From the NCBI GenBank assembly GCA_950097015.1, contig CATNEN010000034.1, positions 6,076,001-6,140,000 of the forward strand: a stretch of DNA of 64,000 bases, written 5' to 3'. The stretch's first letter is position 1. Each line of letters begins with the position of its first letter. This DNA comes from Macrostomum hystrix. Its lineage: Eukaryota > Animalia > Platyhelminthes. Made by a program: the position numbers and the translations under genes. The notes beneath the pieces were generated by a model, which saw nothing but the letters and a program-made list of their open reading frames with translations, was not told the origin of the DNA and did no database searches. Shown here piece after piece: positions 36,153-47,400 of this stretch.

Positions 36153-39100
36153 ATGGGCATCTGCAGCTGCTGCACATCGTGCCTCGCCAAGACTGTCCTT
36201 GGCATTGTTAACTCCGTCTTCATGGTGAGCCGGTCATTGACCCATTATATTGCTAGAGCTTCAGTTCACCTACCTGTAATATAGCTCGTGTGGGACAATT
36301 GGTGTCCAGTCCATGGACCGAAGAGCTGTACACAATCCTTTTTGCGTCGTTTTTACAATAACATTTCTAAAAATTTACCCTATTTTTAATTTCTAATTTC
36401 TTAGAATAGAATAAACTTTTCTCTACTTTGTCATTTCTTAGAATTTACCTCATTCTAACTGTCATTTTTACAATTACCTCGTTTTTACATTATTATTTCA
36501 AAGATTTGCCTCGTTCTTATTTTGTACTTTCTTAGAATAACAAAGAATTCAAACGTCATTTTTTCGGAATTCCCTTTCCCAAAAGTGTCAGTTCTCTGAG
36601 TTATTTCTCCGTGGCAGTCTCATTGTCAAGAAATATCAAATCCACAGAAATTTTAACACTTGGAAAGAGGAATTTTCAGAGGAGTACAAAAAGAGAAGCC
36701 ATGCCGAATTCCATTCTGGGCGGTCTCTAACTCGCCTAAGCTTCGATTAAAATCAATATCCGACGGGCAGAGAGAAAGGCAATTGAATTGCGTCCGGGGG
36801 CGCGTGCCCATGTACCCAAATGTACCATCTGGCCAATGCAAATTCCCTACCATTGTAACTGGACTAATCTAGTTCTGCTGACTCAGTGTAAATGCTTTAT
36901 TTTTTTAAAGTGCAAGCTCTACCTAAACCGTAAGCTATTAGCTCGTAGCTTATTGATTAATATTCGAAACAATGTAGAACAGTTACTGTTCGATCTGATT
37001 ATAGACGGTGGGCATTCTGCTCACAATATTCGGTGCCCTGTTCTACTGGGGTCAGAAGGCCGTGTACAACTGGATCAGTTCGGTTCTGTCTAACAACTCC
37101 AACATTGGATCCAATAGACAGATTTCATTGGACGATATTCAGGCCATTCTAGGCACATGGTCGCGGTACATAAGTGAGTAACCTTGCATAACTCAATGCG
37201 TTAATTTTCCGCTTCTTGATTTAAGAAAAATCAAGAAAAATCCGCCGAATATAAACGAAATCACGTGACAAGACAGTCGTTGGGATGGTAAAGCAATAGA
37301 AATTCCTCTGCCTGAAACAGTAAAACCTGAATATCATCTTTGCGTTAGAAAAAAGAGAAATGCACTTAATAGCCATATCATGCGATTATCGGCCATGGGT
37401 GAGACTCTAAAGAAGTTGAAAAAATAAGCATCGTCACGTGACTTTCGACCTTGGATTAAAAAATGATGGCGTCAATTGACTATCGATCTTGGGTTAGAAA
37501 AGGATAGCGTCACGTGACTATCGATCTTGGGTTAGAAATGGATAGCGTCACGTGACTATCGATCTTGGGTTAGAAATGGATAGCGTCACGTGACTATCGA
37601 TCTTGGGTTAGAAAAGGATAGCGTCACGTGACATACGGTCTTGGGTTAGAAAAGAAAAGAAGAAAAGGTGTGACAGGCATTGGTTCTGTAATCCAGCCCA
37701 CAGAACTGTGTGAAATACCTTCATTGCATGCGTATGGACCCCTGGCTTCGTTGTCTCCCCTCGCGTTGAGACGCGCAGGTTTGGCCTGACGCTGTGCGTG
37801 TAGTGTAGCGCTACCCTGCCGGGGAAAGTTACCTTGGTACACAGGCGCACTGGCTTTGCCGTTGTAAGGTCTGGTCTAGCAGTCCCGAAACGGGGTACAA
37901 TAGTGAGCCAGATGCTTATCGGTCGTGCCAATTGTCGCAACTTCGACGGGTTGCTTGCTCGAAAGTGTTTTCATTTATTAAACTGTCAGCCCCTGCGGCC
38001 GCGAGCGGGTCGCCTATGTAGGTAGCCGAAGGGCGAGGGGAGAGGGAGAGAGAAGCCGACTTCACCAGCCAATCCGCATGCAGGGCGGGGTAGGCTTGAC
38101 TGGCAAAAGGCTGGGTAGCACTGAGGGCAACGCTGCGCAGAGCTGATTGGATCACAAAAAAGGGGTGGGGCAGAGCCACGCAGGACTGCGAGAAACGCGA
38201 GAAGGAAGGGCTGAAGGGCCAGCCAATCGGCTTCCGGCCTGGGGCACAAACAAAGGGGTGGGAGCGGGTCTCAGGCCAGCCAGTTCCAAACAGGCTCGGT
38301 TGAACAGACAGAGGTGGGCGGTCTTGGGTTAGAAAGTTTAGCGTCACGTGACTTTCGAACTTGTAGTACGTGTACAATTAAACCACTTTACTCGACCCGC
38401 AGCGTACGCCGGCATAATCTTGTTCTCGCTCGGGATTATTTTCGCCGGATTGGCAATTGTGGGCTACATTGGGATGTGCTGCGAAATTAAAGTCCTGGTA
38501 ATCGCTGTAAGTTGGCCAGTTAATTAATTAACTAATGAAGTTCAGTTACATTCGCCTCGCTAGCTCCATTCCATGAAGATTCCAATCTCGAAGTTTCACT
38601 ACCTGAAGTTTCACTTCCTGAAGTTTCACTTCCTGAAGTTTCACTACCTGAAGTTTCACTTCCTGAAGTTTCACTTCCTGAAGTTTCACTTCCTGAAGTT
38701 TCACTTCCTGAAGTTTCACTACCTGAAGTTTCACTACCTGAAGTTTTTCTTCCTGAAGTTTTATTTAAGTTCACTGAAAAAGCAAGCACCCAACACAACC
38801 GCCAGTACACGGTGATAGTTGGCACATTCGGCCTTGGCTGCATAGGTATTGTCATTGGCTACGCCGCATTCAAAGGTGAAATGGTGAATGGAGGCAAGCC
38901 TGAGATGTTGAAACTGTTGCGCAGTCAATACAACACTGGACAGCCGAACGAATTCACCACCGTCATGGATCTAATCCAGGCTAGGGTGAGTCTTGCGTGA
39001 GCATACTTGAACAATAGTTTAAAAACTACAATACAATAACACCTAGCCGTATCGAAAAAGTAGATTAATAATTTAATGAATAATAATTAAAAATACGAAG

Positions 39101-40291
39101 CACGAACAACCTCGTCTACTAGCAGTAGCCAGCATAAAAGTGCCTAAACTAGTAAAGCGCGGCACATCAAACGGCGGTCCTAAGAAGGGCCGTTTTAGCA
39201 GATCACTATTCGTACACAACGGTCACAACCACCAAATTTTCCACCCTAGATAATATTTGGTACCCATTTTTATAGTATAAAACATGCGCTTCGTATTTCA
39301 GATGCGCTGCTGCGGTGTGAACAACTACACAGACTTCAGCTCTGCTCCTGGCTTCAATACTACCTACGTTTACAAAGATAAAACTTATAGTAAGATGTCT
39401 TTTGCATGTTTAGTTGCAGTCAGTTTTTAGTAAACTGTGAAAAAAACAGAAAAAATTATAAATTAAATTAAATTTTAATTTTCATGCTCGCAGATCTGAC
39501 CGCGCCAGTGTCTTGCTGCATCATCAGCGGTCAAACCATGAAGCCGGACTACCCGGATTGCCTGACGACTCCGAGCCAGAACAACAGCAACTACATGGCT
39601 GGCGGTTGCTATGCGAAACTCTGGTCAGTCTTTGACAATTACTCCGCGTATACGATGTACGCGCTAGGCGTGACGGCTGCAGTTTGCGTGAGTGCCAGGG
39701 GATTTGAGATCTGGGGATTTGAGATCTGGGGATCTGAGATCTGGGGATCTGAGATCTGGGGATCTGAGATGTGGGGATCTGAGATCTTGGGGGATCTGAG
39801 ATCTGGGGATCTGAGATCTGGGGATCTGAGATCTGGGGATCTGAGATCTGGGGATCTGAGATCTGGGGATCTGAGATCTGGGGATCTGAGATCTGGGGAT
39901 CTGAGATCTGGGGATCTGAGATCTGGGGATCTGAGATCTGGGGATCTGAGATCTGGGGATCTGAGATCTGGGGATCTGAGATCTGGGGATCTGAGATCTG
40001 GGGGATTTTAGATCTGGGGATCTGAGATGTGGGGATTTTAGATCTGGGGATCTGAGATCTGGGGATCTGAGATCTGGGGATCTGAGATGTGGGGATTTTA
40101 GATCTGGGGATCTGAGATGTGGGGATTTTAGATTTGGGGATCTGAGATGTGGGGATTTTAGATCTGGGGATCTGAGATCTTGGGGGATCTGAGATCTTGG
40201 GATCTGAGATCTCTAAAAATAGTTAATTTTTTACTTTCAGGGTTGCATCGTGGTGTTGGCCATAATTATTCTATGCGACATGTTCGACTAA
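36153..40291 (+). CDS. Tetraspanin A; exons 36153-36224, 37005-37173, 38403-38506, 38806-38985, 39302-39389, 39494-39687, 40241-40291
   Basis: Four TM segments, GYIGMCC after TM2, and a large loop with CCG (MRCCGV), PVSCC and GGCY. All junctions are GT-AG with compatible phases. Confidence 0.88.
37431..37650. repeat. 38-bp repeat containing the palindrome GTCACGTGAC, in tetraspanin A intron 2
   Basis: Unit cgtcacgtgactatcgatcttgggttagaaatggatag. A further copy lies at about 38320-38360. Confidence 0.9.
38590..38757. repeat. 15-bp minisatellite (ctgaagtttcact[a/t]c), about 11 copies, tetraspanin A intron 3
   Basis: Tandem copies decay toward the 3' end. Confidence 0.92.
39697..40212. repeat. 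15-bp minisatellite (gagatctggggatct), about 34 copies, filling tetraspanin A intron 6
   Basis: Same unit and orientation as 34228-35060. It starts about 10 bp after the donor and ends about 28 bp before the acceptor. Confidence 0.95.
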
Positions 40292-41278
40292 AATTTAAAG
40301 CAAATCGGAGAAGAACCGGAGGATAAAATAACATGGACTCTACCTGATTCATGCGCTGAAGAATATGCCAAGGCATTGAAAAAGTTTAAATACGCTACAT
40401 ATGTTGCCATCAAAATGGAACGTTTTAAGCCAGTTACGCAAAAATACAAGTATATATTTGCAAGTATATTTCTTATTATTTTGGCACTTACAAAATTTCA
40501 TCAACTAAATTCTTTGAATAGATATCCCTGACCGAATTTTTTAACCTACTATATTATTTTATTCTTCGTTACAAAGACTTTATTTTTCCAGTAAATAGTA
40601 ACAAATAAAAAAGCCGTATAAAAATAATTTAACAAGGCCTTCTACTGTTAGTAACACAGAGAGCAACGTTTTAAATTAGTTGCATTCTAAAATTTGCCGC
40701 TTTCTAAAAATAGCAACAGTCTAAAAATAGGAACATTTAAAAAATTGCAACATTCTAAAAATAGCAACTACTTAACTCTTGTCGACAAACTATTTTTTTT
40801 ATTTCTTGCTTGTTTAAAACTGGAGTACTCGATTCTCACTTATAAGTCATCTAATAATTGTTGCTGTGGGTATTTGTAGAGGCACTTTAAATACTTTTTA
40901 ATAACTACTGGCAATTACTTTTCTGAAAAATGTTCTTTACATCCTGTTGTGATTGCCTTGTCACTAATCTGAAATTTCAATCACGTCTGAGCAAGTCTTT
41001 TTACAAATAAACAATGACATGAGCGCCAAAGCACCTCTAAATTGATGTACTCTGTGCTTTTATCTGTTTCTGAATATTCCAAGAAAAGTTTTTGACGAAA
41101 GATTCGAAAAAATCATTGCTGACATCTGTCCTTTCGTGACTCAAACTTTTCACAATCTTTCAGGCACATAATAAAGCTTTGCGGCGGTTATCTTCTTTGT
41201 TTATTTCCATGGCCTTGGCAACCATTTTTGTCCTAGAGTAATTGTACATTAGCTCTAAATTTAGTTCATGTAGCCTAT

Positions 41279-41292
41279 GTTGCCATAGCAAC
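41279..41292. promoter_or_regulatory. RFX X-box (GTTGCCATAGCAAC) upstream of tetraspanin B
   Basis: Full match to the X-box consensus about 190 bp before the ATG at 41478, with an extra half site (ccttggcaac) at 41213-41222. Confidence 0.55.
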
Positions 41293-41477
41293 GGACACGC
41301 AGCTAACTAATTTGCCGATAAGATTTACACAGATTTATATTCAGATTCAGCTGGCCAAATGCTACATATTTTTCAGCCTGTAACTATAGTTTTAAAGATA
41401 CCTCACGTTAAAAAGTTTAAATTAGTGTATTTATTTAATTTTTTGAACAATTTTTTAAACAAAAGTAAACCAGCAAC

Positions 41478-44400
41478 ATGGGCATCTGCGGCTGTCTCAC
41501 CTCCAAGGTGGCCGGGTGCATTTTGTACCTAATTAGCAGCGTCTTTATGGTGAGTAATTTAATAGATTATATTTTATCAAGACAAGTTACACTTATTTAA
41601 ACCAGTTTTATTCATTTTTTCGTGTACAGGAGGCTGAATGTAGCTGTAAATAGCGATCCAGCATTATAGCTGGCGCAGAAATTTAAATGGGCTTGGCGGC
41701 CTCCCTCCAGTCCATGGACTGAATAGCTGCTGTACACAGCCATTGGAAGAGCCACGGGACAATGTTTAATTTCTATCGCCTATTCAACTACGAGTATTTG
41801 GCTCAAGAATATTCAGCATGTAAAAGTAGAGCCATTGCTGCATTTATCTTATCTCAATTCTTTACTTGCTCGCTATAGAATACAGTTTTTTCTGTCTGTT
41901 TAGCAATCGTATTGCAGACAAAATATGTGCATTGAGTTACATGTACGACCTGAGGTTTACAACCTCAGTTGGAAATACTAGTGTGATTTTTCTCCGGTTT
42001 CCTGGTAGCTGGTGTAATTTCTAAAATCACCAACAAGCGCCGAGAGGGACCGTAGAAATAGCATATCGGCAGCGGAGTTTAGGAAATGTACAGCAGTGTG
42101 TACAGCAGGATACGTACACAATTGTGACGGATGTCGGTAGCTTGTGAGGGCTGTCAGTAGCTTGTGAGGGCTGTCAGTAGCTTGTGAGGGCTGTCAGTAG
42201 ATTGTGAGGGATGTCAGTAGCTTGTGAGGGCTGTCAGTAGATTGTGAGGGATGTCAGTAGCTTGTGAGGGATGTCTGTAGATTGTGATGGATGTCAGTAA
42301 CTTGTGAGGGATGTCTGTAGATTGTGAGGGATGTCAGTAGATTGTGAGGGGTGTCTGTAGATTGTGAGGGCTGTCAGTAGATTGTGAGGGATGTCAGTAG
42401 CTTGTGAGGGATGTCTGTAGATTGTGAGGGCTGTCAGTAGATTGTGAGGGATGTCAGTAGCTTGTGAGGGATATCTGTAGATTGTGAGTGATGTCTGTAG
42501 ATTGAGATGGATGTCAGTAGATTGTGAGGGATGTCTGTAGATTGTGATGGATGTCAGTAGATTGTGAGGGGTGTCAGTAGATTTTGATGGATGCCCATCT
42601 CTGCAAATCCAGACGATTGGAGTGGCGATCGCCGCCCTCGGCTGCGTGCTGCATTTCGGCGGTAACGCTGTCTACCAGGCCTTCAGCAGCCTTCTCGGCT
42701 CCATCGGCAGCACCAACATTGGCGGTGAAATCGTTCAACTGGGCATCACCGATTTGCAGAAGATCCTGGGCAGCTGGTCGTCCATTGTGAGCTACGCCGG
42801 ATTGGTCCTGCTTGGCCTCGGCCTTTTCTTCCTGGCCGTTGGAATTCTCGGCTGCATCGGCGCCTGCTGCAATCTCAAGACTGTGCTCATTGTGGTGAGC
42901 CGCGGGAACCTTCTACTCGATTGGTCCCCGTAGCTGCTAATCTCTTGAATGTAGCTGCTAATCCTTTCTACTCAATTGAGTCACTCTCATCCCATCTATC
43001 TACTCAATTGAGTCACTCTCATCCCATTTATCTACTCAATTGAGTCACTCTCATCCCATCTTTGTACTCAATTGAGTCACTCTCATCCCATTTATCTACT
43101 CAATTGAGTCACTCTCATCCCATCTATATACTCAATTGAGTCACTCTCATCCCATCTTTGTACTCAATTGAGTCACTCTCATCCTATCTATCTACTCAAT
43201 TGAGTCGCTCTCATCCCATCTATCTACTCAATTGAGTCGCTCTCATCCCATCTATCTACTCAATTGAGTCGCTCTCATCCCATTTATCTACTCAATTGAA
43301 TCGCTCTCATCCCATCTATCTACTCAATTGAGTCGCTCTCATCCCATCTATCTACTCAATTGAGTCGCTCTCATCCCATTTATCTACTCAATTGAGTCGC
43401 TCTCATCCCATCTTTGTACTCAATTGAGTCACTCTCATCCCATTTATCTACTCAATTGAGTCACTCTCATCCTATCTATCTACTCAATTGATTCCATAAT
43501 ATTTACTCTATCTACTCTACTCAAAGTAGTCTGTCTTGTACCATCAACTCAACAAAAATCATTCAGTGAGAATCACCGATGCCAAAAATTTCAGTACGCG
43601 GCACTGACCCTGGCAATCACTCTCGCTCTGCTTGGCTTCGTGATTGGCTATTATTTGTTCAAGCAGAACATGAAAGATCTCGGCGCTGAAGAGATGAAGA
43701 AGCTCATTGTTAACGAGTACCAGGGCAGAACTCATCCGAATCCTAATGATTTTAGCAAAATATTCGACATTGTGCAAGGACAGGTAAACCAATATTCTAG
43801 TTCCGAGTTAAATTCTCAACTTTGAGTTTGCCAAATGATTACGCAATCGAATTACTCGTATTTTCCTTCAGCTCCAATGCTGCGGCGTATCGAACTACAC
43901 TGAGTTCGCGTCTGCTGTGCAATGGAATCGAACTTACTTCTTCTCCCAGTCTGTGGGATACATTCGTGAGTCTAGCATTTTTTTATACATGCTCACCTTG
44001 CCTTGGTAGGTTTTCAAGGATCACAAGAATGCACAAATACTGGCTGAGTTCCCATCTCAAATACTGGTTGAGTTCCCATCTCCAATACTGGTTGAGTTCC
44101 CATCTCCAATACTGGTTGAGTTCCCATCTCCAATACTGGTTGAGTTCCCATCTCAAATACTGGTTGAGTTCCCATCTCAAATACTGGTTGAGTTCCCATC
44201 TCCAATACTGGTTGAGTTCCCATCTCAAATACTGGTTGAGTTCCCATCTCCAATACTGGTTGAGTTCCCATCTCAAATACTGGTTGAGTTCCCATCTCCA
44301 ATACTGGTTGAGTTCCCATCTCAAATACTGGTTGAGTTCCCATCTCAAATACTGGTTGAGTTCCCATCTCCAATACTGGTTAAGTTCCCATCTCAAATAC

Positions 44401-47400
44401 TGGTTGAGTTCCCATCTCAAATACTGGTTGAGTTCCAATCTCCAATACTGGATGAGTTCCCATCTCAAATACTGGTTGAGTTCCTATCTCCAATACTGGT
44501 TGAGTTCCCATCTCCAATACTGGTTGAGTTCCCATCTCAAATACTGGTTGAGTTCCTATCTCAAATACTGGTTGAGTTCCCATCTCAAATACTGGTTGAG
44601 TTCCTATCTCAAATACTGGTTGAGTTCCTATCTCCAATACTGGTTGAGTTCCCATCTCAAATACTGGTTGAGTTCCCATCTCCAATACTGGTTGAGTTCC
44701 CATCTCAAATACTGGTTGAGTTCCCATCTCCAATACTGGTTGAGTTCCCATCTCCAATACTGGTTGAGTTCCCATCTCCAATACTGGTTGAGTTCCCATC
44801 TCCAATACTGGTTGAGTTCCCATCTCCAATACTGGTTGAGTTCCCATCTCCAATACTGGTTGACTTCCCATCTCCAATACTGGTTGAGTTCCCATCTCCA
44901 ATACTGGTTGAGTTTCCATCTCCAATACTGGTTGAGTTCCATCTCCAATACTGGTTGAGTTCCCATCTCCAATACTGGTTGAGTTCCCATCTCCAATACT
45001 GGTTGAGTTCCCATCTCAAATACTGGTTGAGTTCCCATCTCAAATACTGGTTGAGTTCCTATCTCAAATACTGGTTGAGTTCCCATCTCAAATACTGGTT
45101 GAGTTCCCATCTCCAATACTGGTTGAGTTCCTATCTCAAATACTGGTTGAGTTCCCATCTCCAATACTGGTTGAGTTCCTATCTCAAATACTGGTTGAGT
45201 TCCCATCTCCAATACTAGTTGAGTTCCCATCTCAAATACTGGTTGAGTTCCTATCTCAAATACTGGTTGAGTTCCCATCTCCAATACTGGTTGAGTTCCC
45301 ATCTCCAATACTGGTTGAGTTCCCATCTCCAATACTGGTTGAGTTCCCATCTCAAAGACAGGTTGAGTTCCCATCTCAAAGACAGGTTGAGTTCCCATCT
45401 CAAAGACAGGTTGAGTTCCCATCTCAAAGACAGGTTGAGTTCCCATCTCAAAGACAGGTTGAGTTCCCATCTCAAATACTGGTTGAGTTCCCATCTCCAA
45501 TACTGGTTGAGTTCCCATCTCCAATACTGGTTGATCGTTCCCATCTCAAAGACAGGTTGAGTTCCCGTCTCAAAGACAGGTTGATCGTTCCCATCTCAAA
45601 GACAGGTTGAGTTCCCATCTCAAAGACAGGTTGAGTTCCCATCTCAAAGACAGGTTGAGTTCCCGTCTCAAAGACAGGTTGAGTTCCCATCTCAAAGACA
45701 GGTTGAGTTCCCATCTCAAAGACAGGTTGATCGTTCCCATCTCAAAGACAGGTTGAGTTCCCGTCTCAAAGACAGGTTGAGTTCCCATCTCAAAGACAGG
45801 TTGAGTTCCCATCTCAAAGACAGGTTGAGTTCCCATCTCAAAGACAGGTTGAGTTCCCATCTCAAAGACAGGTTGATCGTTCCCATCTCAAAGACAGGTT
45901 GAGTTCCCGTCTCAAAGACAGGTTGATCGTTCCCATCTCAAAGACAGGTTGAGTTCCCATCTCAAAGACAGGTTGATCGTTCCCATCTCAAAGACAGGTT
46001 GAGTTCCCATCTCAAAGACAGGTTGATCGTTCCCATCTCAAAGACAGGTTGAGTTCCCATCTCAAAGACAGGTTGAGTTCCCATCTCAAAGACAGGTTGA
46101 GTTCCCATCTCAAAGACAGGTTGAGTTCCCATCTCAAAGACAGGTTGATCGTTCCCATCTCAAAAACAGGTTGAGTTCCCGTCTCAAAGACAGGTTGAGT
46201 TCCCGTCTCAAAGACAGGTTGATCGTTCCCATCTCAAAGACAGGTTGAGTTCCCGTCTCAAAGACAGGTTGAGTTCCCATCTCAAAGACAGGTTGATCGT
46301 TCCCATCTCAAAGACAGGTTGATCGTTCCCATCTCAAAGACAGGTTGATCGTTCCCATCTCAAAGACAGGTTGAGTTCCCATCTCAAAGACAGGCTGAGT
46401 TCCCATCTCAAATGCAGGCTGAGTTCCCATCTCAAAGACAGGTTGAGTTCCCATCTCAAAGACAGGTTGAGTTCCCATCTCAAAGACAGGTTGAGTTCCC
46501 ATCTCAAAGACAGGTTGATCGTTCCCATCTCAAAGACAGGTTGAGTTCCCATCTCAAAGACAGGTTGAGTTCCCATCTCAAATACTGGTTGAGTTCCCAT
46601 CTCCAATACTGGTTGAGTTCCCATCTCCAATACTGGTTGATCGTTCCCATCTCAAAGACAGGTTGAGTTCTCGTCTCAAAGACAGGTTGATCGTTCCCAT
46701 CTCAAAGACAGGTTGAGTTCCCATCTCAAAGACAGGTTGAGTTCCCGTCTCAAAGACAGGTTGAGTTCCCATCTCAAAGACAGGTTGAGTTCCCATCTCA
46801 AAGACAGGTTGATCGTTCCCATCTCAAAGACAGGTTGAGTTCCCGTCTCAAAGACAGGTTGAGTTCCCATCTCAAAGACAGGTTGATCGTTCCCATCTCA
46901 AAGACAGGTTGAGTTCCCGTCTCAAAGACAGGTTGAGTTCCCATCTCAAAGACAGGTTGATCGTTCCCATCTCAAAGACAGGTTGAGTTCCCATCTCAAA
47001 TACTGGTTGAGTTCCCATCTCAAAGACAGGTTGAGTTCCCATCTCAAAGACAGGTTGAGTTCCCATCTCAAAGACAGGTTGAGTTCCCATCTCAAAGACA
47101 GGTTGATCGTTCCCATCTCAAAGACAGGTTGAGTTCCCGTCTCAAAGACAGGTTGATCGTTCCCATCTCAAAGACAGGTTGAGTTCCCATCTCAAAGACA
47201 GGTTGATCGTTCCCATCTCAAAGACAGGTTGAGTTCCCATCTCAAAGACAGGTTGAGTTCCCATCTCAAAGACAGGTTGAGTTCCCATCTCAAAGACGGG
47301 TTGAGTTCCCATCTCAAAGACAGGTTGATCGTTCCCATCTCAAAGACAGGTTGAGTTCCCGTCTCAAAGACAGGTTGAGTTCCCGTCTCAAAGACAGGTT

